From assembly GCA_951406725.2 (NCBI GenBank), contig OX597815.1, positions 66,402,001-66,466,000 on the forward strand: DNA of 64,000 nucleotides. The letters run 5' to 3'. The notes under the pieces are model-generated. The model was not told the DNA's origin and did no database searches. It saw only the letters and a list, made by a program, of their open reading frames with translations. Made by a program: the position numbers and the translations under genes. This DNA comes from Octopus vulgaris (Eukaryota). Position 1 is the stretch's first letter, and each line of letters starts with the position of its first letter. Positions 54,325-64,000 of this stretch are shown in pieces.

Positions 54325-56436
54325 TCATTCTTCAAGATGTCGTTTTAGGTGATTCATCAAAGTGGAATTCTGAGAGAATTTTTTGCCACAAATCTCACAA
54401 GGGAATGGTTTCTCTCCAGTATGAGTTCTAACATGACGCAGCAACGAAGCTTTCTGGGAGAAATCTTTACCACAAATGTCACAACAAAATGGCTTTTCTC
54501 CAGTATGAGTCCGCATATGTCTTTCTAAACATTCATTTTGAAAGAAACCTTTACCACAGATTGAACAATTGAATGGTTTTTCACCTGTATGTCTTTTCAC
54601 ATGTCGCACCAATGAGGAATTTTTGGTGAATTCTTTGCCACAAACATCACACGTAAAACATTTATCTTCTTCATGAGATTTTACATGGAGTCGTAAGCTA
54701 TCATTATTTAAGAATTCTTCTCCACATATTTTACATGGTAAAGGTTTATCACTTAGATGTGTTTTCATGTGACACTGTAGAGTATAATTTTGAGAAAAAT
54801 CTTTACCACATATTTCACAATGGAAAGGTTTTTCCCCTGTGTGTGTCCGTATGTGACGTTTCAAGTTGAAATTCAAGGAAAATCTTTTCCCACACAACTT
54901 ACAACAATATGGCTTCTCTCCACTATGTGTTTTGATGTGACGCTTTAAACCCCTGTTCCCAGAAAACCTCTTATCACATATTTCACAAATGTAAGTTTTC
55001 TCAATGTTGTGGATTTCCTTATGGTATTTGAGGGTGGAGCTCTGAGAAAATTCCTTTCCGCATATTTCACAAGAGAATGGCTTTTCACCAGTATGGGTTC
55101 TCATATGGAGGGTCAAGTTAAAATTAGTCACCAACTCTTTCCCACAGATTTTACAAATATAACACTTCTCTCCAAGATGCATTTTCATGTGAGATTTAAG
55201 TGAACTCTGGAGGAATTCTTTGTCACAGATCTCACAAGAAACTGTTTTCTCTTCAATATGGATTTTCAGGTGTCTTTTTAAAGACTTTTTCAAAGTAAAA
55301 CTTTTGCCACAATAATCACAACAAAATGACTTTTCTTCCGTATGTATTTTCATGTGATGTCTTAAACTTTCATTCAAAGAGAATTCCTTTCCACATATTT
55401 CACAAGGATAACAACTTTCTCCACTGTGTATTTGGGTGTGTCTCTCTAAAGAACTGCTTCTGGTAAAATCTTTACCACAGATGTCACAACAGTAAGGTTT
55501 CTCTCCAGTATGACTTCTCATATGATCCCTTAGGTTACTATTTCGGGAAAAATCCTTCCCACATATTTCACAAATGAATGGCTTTTCCCCAGTATGTATC
55601 CTCATATGTCGTGTTAAATGACAATTTCGAGAAAATGTTTTACCACATAATGAACAAGAGAATGGTTTTTCTCCAGTATGTGTTCGGACATGACGTTCTA
55701 AACATTTGTCACCCAAAAATTCTTTATTACATATTTCACATTTAAACGTTTTTTCTCCAAAGTGAATTTTCACATGACGTTTCAAATTACTGTTTTGAGA
55801 GAAATCTTTGCCACAAATTTCACAGGTAAAAGGTTTTTCCCCTGTGTGCGTCCTTAAATGACCAATAAGCTGAGAATTATTAAGAAAATCTTTCCCACAA
55901 ATCTTACAATAGAAAGGGTTCAAATCAGAGTGAGATTTCATATGACTAATCAAGAGAGAACCTTTAGAAAAGTTCTTCCCACACAGTTCACAGCGAAAAG
56001 GCTTGTCAACTGTATGTATTTCCATATGTCGGCGCAAGTGACAGTTCTGAGAAAATTCTCGATCGCATATTTCACAGCGAAATGGTTTCTCCCCAGTGTG
56101 TGTTCGTAAATGTCTTTTTAAACAACTATTCAAAGAAAATGCTTTGTCACATATTTCACATTGGAATGGTTTCTCCCCAGTATGGGTTCGCATGTGACAT
56201 TTCAAATAATAGTTCAAAGAAAATTCTTTATCACATATTTCACATTGGAATACTTTCTCTCTTGTATGTGTTTTCATATGACGTCTCAAAGACCGATATA
56301 ATGAGAAATCTTTATTGCACAGTTCACATTGGTAACGTTTTTGCCAAAGTTTGGAGTCAATTTCATAATCAACTTCCAAATTTTGGAAAGAATCGTCTTC
56401 TATAATAGTATATTCAATCTTTGGAGATAAATCCAT
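54325..56436 (-). CDS. Tandem C2H2 zinc-finger protein, 703 aa, 24 fingers, short acidic N-terminus, no recognisable effector domain
   Basis: 24 CxxC...HxxxH units counted, mostly with TGEKPF-type linkers, in a single uninterrupted ORF. Probable upstream acceptor (attttaaattccAG| at ~56571) implies a non-coding 5' exon further upstream. Confidence 0.95.
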   Translation of the reverse strand: MDLSPKIEYTIIEDDSFQNLEVDYEIDSKLWQKRYQCELCNKDFSLYRSLRRHMKTHTREKVFQCEICDKEFSLNYYLKCHMRTHTGEKPFQCEICDKAFSLNSCLKRHLRTHTGEKPFRCEICDREFSQNCHLRRHMEIHTVDKPFRCELCGKNFSKGSLLISHMKSHSDLNPFYCKICGKDFLNNSQLIGHLRTHTGEKPFTCEICGKDFSQNSNLKRHVKIHFGEKTFKCEICNKEFLGDKCLERHVRTHTGEKPFSCSLCGKTFSRNCHLTRHMRIHTGEKPFICEICGKDFSRNSNLRDHMRSHTGEKPYCCDICGKDFTRSSSLERHTQIHSGESCYPCEICGKEFSLNESLRHHMKIHTEEKSFCCDYCGKSFTLKKSLKRHLKIHIEEKTVSCEICDKEFLQSSLKSHMKMHLGEKCYICKICGKELVTNFNLTLHMRTHTGEKPFSCEICGKEFSQSSTLKYHKEIHNIEKTYICEICDKRFSGNRGLKRHIKTHSGEKPYCCKLCGKRFSLNFNLKRHIRTHTGEKPFHCEICGKDFSQNYTLQCHMKTHLSDKPLPCKICGEEFLNNDSLRLHVKSHEEDKCFTCDVCGKEFTKNSSLVRHVKRHTGEKPFNCSICGKGFFQNECLERHMRTHTGEKPFCCDICGKDFSQKASLLRHVRTHTGEKPFPCEICGKKFSQNSTLMNHLKRHLEE

Positions 56437-59008
56437 TTGAAGATAAGAATCTTTCAGAAGTTAAATCTTACTGAAAGACAGTAAAATATCTTTGAGTCCA
56501 TATTCCATTTTCCTTCTTTTGGTAATCTGACAATCCTAAAGTTTTATGCAAATCATCTTCGAAGGTAAACCTGGAATTTAAAATACATTATCAGACAAAA
56601 CAAAATTAAAACGTCTGAAGAGTTTTGTACTAAACAAAACTATTCTAGTATCATCAGAGACTAAATGCATTACAAAGATGTCAAATTTAACATGTTTTCA
56701 CTGTGATCAAATAGGTTAAAACAGTGAAATTAAACAAAATACATTTATAAAATTGTATAACATAAAAATAGAGGCAAACTACAATGACAAACAGAGTAAA
56801 ATGATAGTTGAATAATCTAAACTCTACACTTAATCAAGACATATTATTCTGCTAAATATATGAAAAAATTCATACTGGAAATAAACATGGCTTGTATGAC
56901 AGCAATGCTCACTTACAACAATCATGTATTGGTAAGTTAAAAACTAAAATCAAAAGATTACAAATCTGATATGAAATAAAAAAACACTTTGCCTGAATCT
57001 GACCAGCAGATACTGTGAATAGAGCAGAATTTCTATTAGAAACCAGAAGACCTGAAATAGTTTGGTGTAGGCATGACTATGTTGTTAAGAATCTGTTTCT
57101 TAACCACATCATTTTGGGTTTGGTTCAGTGCATTGCAACTTGGTCAAGTGCTTTCTACTATAGCACGTAGCTGATAAAAGCCATGTGGGTGGATCTGATA
57201 GACTGAAACTGAAAGAAGCTCGTTGTGTGCATGCATCTCTTCCTCTCTCTCCTTGTCTCAAAATTGCATAACAGTTGTAAATGAGAGTTACCATCATAAA
57301 AGCAGTGTCATTCATTTCCTATATTCTTCGTTAACATGTCTGACCACAGGGAAATATCACCTAGCTTGGAAACAGGTAAGGGTTGGTGATAGACAGAAAG
57401 GGCATTTGACCATAAAAAAAAACTGTTCCAATAAACTCTTTCCAACCAACACAAGCATAGAAAAATGGACATTAAAAATGATGATGATCTCCAAAAGAGG
57501 CTGAGAACTATCAAATATTAATTAAACAAAATAAAACATGATCTTTATTTGAATGTCACTCAGATTTGTCATTCCATTAAATGTAACTTGATAAACAGAA
57601 TTGAAGGTGGTTGATTGGCAGAATAAATGGAGCATTAGAAAAAAATGTCTCATATTTCTTCCAGCTCATTACATTCCGAGTTCAAATCACACTGAGATCA
57701 ACTTTGCCTTTTGTCCCTCCGGAGTCAGTGTAATCAACTAACCCCTCATCTTCACTTAAACATCTAGCTTCCATGCTGACATGGCACTACCAACAGGTCT
57801 GAGGACTGTGTTGTGTTGCAGTGTCTGCTTTTGGCATGGTTTATATGGCTAGATGCCCTTTATAATGCAAAACCACTTTACAGCAAGTACTGAGTGCTTT
57901 TTATGAGCCACCAGCACTAGTGAAGTTGTCATGTAGCCTACAATACTATGAACCTTGAAAGGAGTGGCTTTATGCTAGATGTGGGGTTAAAGTATGAGAA
58001 AAGGAGCCAAAGCAGAACAAATTTCTTGCTGTAAAGGAGTTATTCACATTTTAGAAGAGAGGATAGGGTGATGTGAATGAAGTTGGGAAGAGATGACAAT
58101 AGTAATGAGTTGTCTGGGTGGATTATCAAGGTACAAGATAAGTAGAAGAGGAATCAAGAGCATGGGTGGATGAAAGTTGTTGGTTTTGCACCAACAACCT
58201 TCACTAACCAGCATCTTTACATATACTTTAACTGGGAGTCATTTGTAGACTGAGGTTTTCAAATCTGATCTAACTATTAATTCTTTTAACAGCTTTTGTA
58301 ATGAGAACTACATCATTAACACTTAAGAAATGTTCAAAGATTTCTGAAGCCTTGTGTGATTATTTCAAAGGACGATAATGAAGGAAAGAGACTAAGAACA
58401 GACTCAATAAATACCCTTCTATATGCAAGGCAGAGACATGGCAGTGTGGTTAGGTTTACTTTCCAACCACATGGTTTTGGAGTCAGTCCCACAGCATGGC
58501 ACTTTGGATAAGTATTTTCTACTACAGCCTCATGCCACCCAAAGCCTTGTGGATGGATTTGATAGATGGAAACTGAAGATGTAAAAGTATCCAGCACACT
58601 CTATAAAGTGGTTGGCATTAGGAAGGGCCTTAGAAACAATGCCAAATCAGACTGGAATCTGGTGCAGTTCCCTGCCTCGCTAGCTCTGATCACACTGTCC
58701 AACTCATGCCGGCAAAGACAATGGATGTTAAATGATATATGTGTGTGTGTGTGTGTGTGATCAGTCAATGTTCCATATTTCCATGCTGGGATAGGTCAGA
58801 CATTTTGTTGGGGCAGATTATCTACAGCTGGATGCAATTCCTGTCATTAACCCTCACTTGTTTCCAAGTAAGGTAATATTCCCTCATAAGCAAACATGTT
58901 TTTCATGGAAGACTAGAAACAAACATTACTTGTATGACAGTGACACTTGTTTACAACGATCACATGATGTCAAGACAAAGATACACACACATATCATATA
59001 TATATATA

Positions 59009-60548
59009 TCTCTATATATATAAAACTGAGAATGTGTGTCTGTCTGTTTGTCTGTGTGTTTCCCTAAACTTGAGAACTACACAACCAATTTCATTCAAAT
59101 TTTACACATGCCTTACTTAGGGTTCATGTAGTTTCCTGGGCAAAAAAAAAAGTTCAACTTCTTGCCTAGGGTGAGCCCATAGCAATATCATATCTTCTCC
59201 ACTAATTCAGTATTATGTGTTAAAAGTGAAACAAAAACATTTCTCTATTTTATGTCAGATACTTTCATTTTAACAATAAAAATTAGAGATAATAATAATT
59301 GAATTATATGCAGTAAGTAATAATTAAAATCAAACTAAAGTATAATATAATAATTAAATCGTAACATAACAATTAAAAGTAAAAATAGCAATTGGTATAA
59401 AATTGCATCAATGACTTGAACTTGAATAAGTGCTTTCACATGAATGGGAATAAATTAAAAATAAAATTAATGTGCAGAAATGGAATAGTCCAGATGAAGC
59501 TGTGCACATACCCTTTACCACGGCTTTTACATTAGATTATCTGCTAATTAGCTAGCATTAAGTATCTATATGAAGTTTGGCTGTATGTAATGTGTTTTCT
59601 CGAACAGCCGCTTCTGAGTACTGCTGTTGGTTTATTTCTTATACATAAAGGACCATAGCTTCAACTGCGTACTGCTTTTTGATTCACCGTAAGGTTTGTT
59701 GGTTCCTCGTAAAGGAAACGTTGTTGTGTTGCATTTGTTAAATAATTGCAAACCGTAACCCTCCCCCTTTGGGAGAAGGAGCTTTGGTTATTGTTTAAAA
59801 ATTGAATTGTGTCCCTGTTTGGGGAAATTGACAATATTTTCACCCTTTATTTGGAAGCAATTTTGTTAAAATGCCTTCGATAGAAGAAAGTCCAAAAATG
59901 AATTTTGCTGCAGCCATCGGCAGGCGTGAACTCATTAAAATTAAAATGGAAGAAATACAAACCTATTTCGGATTGATCACCAACAAAGACGGTGAATCTA
60001 GGATAACACCACCAAACGAAATAAAAAATTAAATTAAAGAAAACACTACTGTCTATAAAGTATACAATGTAGAGAAAAAAAAAATTTGAACACCTGGAGG
60101 AAAGCACCATCGAAAAGTGTCTTGGTGCGACTATGAAAGATATCAAGTATCTAACCAGAGGCGGTAAATTCGCCACAATAGAAGCAAGGTTCGAGTCAAC
60201 GGAGCATGCAAGGGAGTACTCGATTCGAACCTTGCAAAGTGGAAATATTTTATTTTTACCTTTATATCTGGGACGTAGGACGTCCCGGATAAAAATTTAA
60301 AATGTCCCCCCAGAAGTAGAGGTAGACTGGATTGTAGCCATACTTCTATACAAGAGGGTGGACAAGATACAATTGATCGAAATTGCAAGAGACGAGCCTA
60401 CAATTCCAGTCTGTTATATATTTTTGAGTATTGTTATCACTAGCGATATCAAGATATAACTTTGTATATATATAGATGTAGATGTAATATGTACACATAT
60501 ATACATGCACTAGCACTATGACCCAGCAACGCCGGGTCATAATGCTAG
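59009..60548 (+). mobile_element. Non-autonomous Helitron (~1.5 kb)
   Basis: A|TCtctatatatataaaactgagaatgtgtgtctgtctg 5' end; subterminal hairpin atgaccc..gggtcat followed by CTAG (60545-60548); sits in a TA run. Confidence 0.75.
59870..60420 (+). pseudogene. Disrupted non-LTR ORF1 fragment inside the Helitron, paralogous to 60747-61792
   Basis: Conceptual translation KENTTVYKVYNVEKK(fs)FEHLEESTIEKCLGATMKDIKYLTRGGKFATIEARF...LFLPLYLGRRTSRIKI*NVPPEVEVDWIVAILL aligns motif for motif with the neighbouring ORF1. Confidence 0.8.
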
Positions 60549-60598
60549 CATATATATATATATAGGTGCAGGTGTGGCAGTGTGGTAAGAAGCTTACT

Positions 60599-63098
60599 GG
60601 TATAGCGTTTTTGTTTAGTTCAACTGCTACCTTTGTGAATAACACATGTTTTTTGGTTGTCTTGGCAATGCGACGTTTTCCTTCTTGTTTAATGGAGGAG
60701 CATTGTGTGATGAGTTGTGAGGATTTGAATTATTCTTCTTCAGACTTTGTTTCATCTCAAGGAAGAAATAGTGAAATGTTTGAAGAAGATTGATGCAGTA
60801 ATGAAAACAAGGAATTATGCTGTAGTGGCAGAGGGGAAAATTGAAGACATAAGTCTAGAAGAGTTGAGCAAGTTCAAGGAAATACTTAAAAGGGAGGGGA
60901 ACGATGTGAAGGTGTTCCCCACCAAAGAAATGTTAAAGAATAAGGAAGAGAGGACAATTGTTTACAGGACATACACAGTGGCAACAAGAAAAATAGAAAT
61001 GGTGTTGGAAGCACAAGTTGAAAAAGCGTTGAGGCCAGTCTGGCAAGAGATATCCTACCTTGCCAAGGGAAGAAAGTACGGAATGGTAGAAGAGCAGTTT
61101 TGGGAGATAGCTACTGCCAGACTGCACTCAGCCACACCATTAAAAACTGAAGAAGTAGTGCTTCTGCCCATATACCCGGGGAGGCGTGCTTCCATGGTTA
61201 GAGTAGAAGACATACCCCATAGAAGTGAATGTAGCCTGGCTGGTAGCTGCCATACTGCTAGGCATGGAAGAAAAGGTGGTGGTCCTGCAGGCCACCAGAA
61301 CACTACAGAAACTGGCAAGGGCAGAGCCTGAACATGGTGGTACAGGTTAACCTAAAAGATATTGAAAGTATGGTGGAGACAATTATGGTTGCAGATGTGA
61401 TGCTGAAAGTCAGAGTGGAAAAGAAGATTCTGCACTGCTATAAATGTGGCCTGAAAGGCCACATTAGAGCGGATTGTCCTGCACCACCTGTGAAGGATAA
61501 GGAAAGGCAAGAGAGTGAGAAAGTCGTTGGTGCTCCACTGCCCGTAGAGTCTGAAGAAAAGCATGAGAAGAAGAGTGAAGAAGCATCACAGACAAAGACC
61601 AGTACCAGCATCGAGGAAGAGGAGGTAAACACCAGCTGGGAGACAGCGGGAAAAAAGAGAAGGAATACAGACACCAACCCTCCTCATACCCCGCCTGACA
61701 TAAACACAAGCACAAACACACAGGGGCCCCAAATTTCCCCACCCCAGCCCATGGATAAATTTGTTATATTGTATAACAGGAATAAAGAATAAAATTGCAA
61801 TGAGATAAAGACATGGGACAAAGCAATAAAAGTGGACATAACAAGGGTAGGAAGGTGGCCCAAGGATGTTTGCTGTGCAGTGGCGGATCCAGAGTACCTC
61901 TCAAGATTGATAAATTATGAAAAAGAAACTGATTTCGATTGGTGGGTTACAAAAATGGACACCAGCAAAATACCTAAAAGGGTAAGTTATGCTTACATTT
62001 TAAAGGAACTTGACTTAGACATTTTCCAAAAAAGTGAAAGCTAGCTGTCACAACAGCATTACCAATGGTAGTTTAAATTAATCATCATCATCATCATTGT
62101 TTAACATCCGTTTTCTATGCTAGCATGGGTTGGACGGTTCGACCGGGGTCTGGGAAGCCAGGAGGCTGCACCAGGCTTCAGTCCGATCTGGCAGTGTTTC
62201 TACAGGTGGATGCCCTTCCCAACGCCAGCCACTCCATGAGTGTAGTGAGTGCTTTTTACATGCCATTGGCACTGGTATCACAACTACAATTTCCATTGAT
62301 CTTTTTTATCAATTTCAATTTCACTTGCCTCAGCAGGTCTTCACAAGCAGTTTTATGTCCAAAGAAGGAAAGGTATGCATAAGTGGACTGGCTACATCTC
62401 AGGTAAAGGCCATGGGTCTCACTTGTCCTGCCGGGTCTTCTCACGCACAGCATATTTCCAAAGGTCTCAGTCACTAGTCATTGCCTCAGTGAGACCTAAT
62501 GTTCGAAGGTCATGCTTCACCACCTCGTCCCAGGTTTTCCTGGGTCTACCTCTTACACAGGTTCCCCGCAACAGCTAGGGTGTGGCACTTTTTCACAACC
62601 TATCTTCATCCATTCTCGCCACATGACCATACCAGCGCAATCATCTCTCTTGCACACCACAACTGATGCTTCTTAAGTCCAACTTTTCTCTCAAGGTACT
62701 TACACTCTGTATTAAAAAAATGGGTTGTATTAACAGGTTCAATGAAGTTGCTCAGAGGTGGGGCCGATCAGCTTCATTCCATTTATTCATCATCATCATC
62801 CTCATCATTTAACGTCCGCTTTCCATGCTAGCAGGGGTTGGACGATTTGACTGAGGACTGGTGAACAAGATGGCTGCACCAGTCTCCAATCTTGATCTGG
62901 CAGAGTTTCTACAGCTGGATGCCCTTCCTAACGCCAACCACTCTGAGAGTGTAGTGAGTACTTTTACGTGCCACCGGCACGAGGGCCAGTCAGGTGGTAC
63001 TGGCAATTATATTCATCTTTTCTATTAGTTTTGTTTTTTTGTCCCCACCTTGTGTTGTCCTCTCTAAGCACAGCCTTCATGGCCAATTTCATGAAATA
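60599..63098 (+). mobile_element. ORF1-only (HAL1-like) L1/Tx1-type retroelement with frameshifted gag-like ORF (60747-62044) and CCHC knuckle; later RTE and SINE insertions inside
   Basis: CYKCGLKGHIRADCP zinc knuckle; the ORF is restorable across two frameshifts (~61220, ~61310) and a stop (61790). TSD aagaagcttact (60587-60598) / aagaagcttgct (63099-63110); ends in aataaa; no endonuclease or RT seen. Confidence 0.75.
62083..62710 (-). mobile_element. RTE LINE 3' end with (ATG)n tail
   Basis: LRWYGHVARMDED...RGRPRKTWDEVVKHDLRTLGLTEAMTSD C-terminus. The 3' UTR is shared with many short copies in the window (e.g. 34808, 38195, 62785). Confidence 0.85.
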
Positions 63099-63442
63099 AA
63101 GAAGCTTGCTTCCCAACCACATGGTTCTAGGTTCAGTCCTATTGTGTGGAACCTTGGGCAAGTGTCTTCTACTATAGCCTCAGGCCTTGTGAGTGGATTT
63201 GGTAGACGGAAACTGAAAGAAGCCTGTCGTATATATTATATATATGTGCGTGTGTGTGTTGTCCCCCACCATGACTTGACAACTGATGTTGGTATGTTTA
63301 CATCCCCATAACTTGGCGGTTCGACAAAAGAGACCAATATAATACTAAGCTTGCAAAGAATAAATCCTGGGATTGATTTGTTCAACTAAAGGCAGAGCTC
63401 CAGCATGGTCGCAGTCAAATGACTGAAACGAATAAAAGAATA
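63099..63442 (+). mobile_element. 3' part of a tRNA-derived SINE whose 5' head lies at 60565-60598
   Basis: ggtgcaggtgtggcagtgtggtaagaagctt (60565) continues as gcttcccaaccacatggttctaggttcagtcc (~63107), as in intact copies elsewhere in the window. Confidence 0.85.
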
Positions 63443-63784
63443 TACACACACACACACACACGTGTGCAACAGGCTTCTTTCAGTATCCACTTACAAGTCT
63501 TTGGTCAGGCAGAGGCTGTAGCAGACAACACTTCCACAAAGTGCAGCATGAACCCAGGGCCGTATGGTTGGGGAGCAAGTTTCTTACCCACAAAGCTACT
63601 CCTATGCTTATACCACAATCACAAATACCAACAATGAACAGGTTTACAATATTCCTCTTGTCTACTGCATTTCCTATTTCTGATGATGCCACTGCTGTCC
63701 TTGGCACTGGGAATTACTCCTTAAAATATAACCTGATGTTCTAAACCAATAACAATATAGTTCCAACCATTTTTTACTGTAAAG

Positions 63785-64000
63785 ACATATGGTCTAGTGG
63801 TTAGAGTGTTGCCCTCACAATCACAAGATTGTAGTTTTGATTCCTGGACCAAACAGTGTGTTGTGTTCATGAGCAAACACACTTCATTTTCACATTGCTC
63901 AAGTTCACTTTGTAAATGAGTAACTCTGCAATGAACTAACATTCTGTTCAGGAGGAAAGTTGTGATCTCAGTCAATTATGTGCTATGGAAACCAGGTGTC
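63785..64000 (+). mobile_element. tRNA-derived SINE, third family (runs off window end)
   Basis: Box A-like tggtctagtggttagag and box B-like gttttgattcct, followed by gagcaaacacacttcatttt. Confidence 0.6.

Noticed and set aside
63785-63860. Functional tRNA genes at box A/B motifs (also 2935, 24995, 58430)
   Set aside because: No intact cloverleaf; each continues into SINE body sequence.

Overview
AT-rich, repeat-dense eukaryotic DNA. The SINE, Penelope and mariner repertoire, the huge (TA/CA)n seas and the long tandem C2H2 gene suggest a coleoid cephalopod (Octopus-like); this is an inference. Host genes: (i) the 3'-terminal coding exon of an unidentified + strand gene (6436-7599); (ii) a complete two-exon TP53RK/Bud32 kinase gene on the - strand (34383-34185 joined to 30812-30322, 229 aa); (iii) a 24-finger C2H2 zinc-finger ORF on the - strand (56436-54325). 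The rest is layered mobile DNA: several decayed mariner/Tc1 elements, MITEs, a ~720 bp foldback element in the TP53RK intron, CR1/L2-, RTE- and Hero-type LINE remnants, Helitron remnants, and a Naiad-type Penelope-like element. The most notable non-obvious signals are: hammerhead-ribozyme motifs in Penelope-related inverted-repeat structures embedded in microsatellites; an ORF1-only (HAL1-like) retroelement inserted with a 12-bp TSD into a tRNA-SINE head, next to a divergent paralogue of the same ORF1 lying inside a non-autonomous Helitron; and long intronic hairpins that are candidate ADAR substrates. Coordinates of decayed repeats are approximate and were read by eye.
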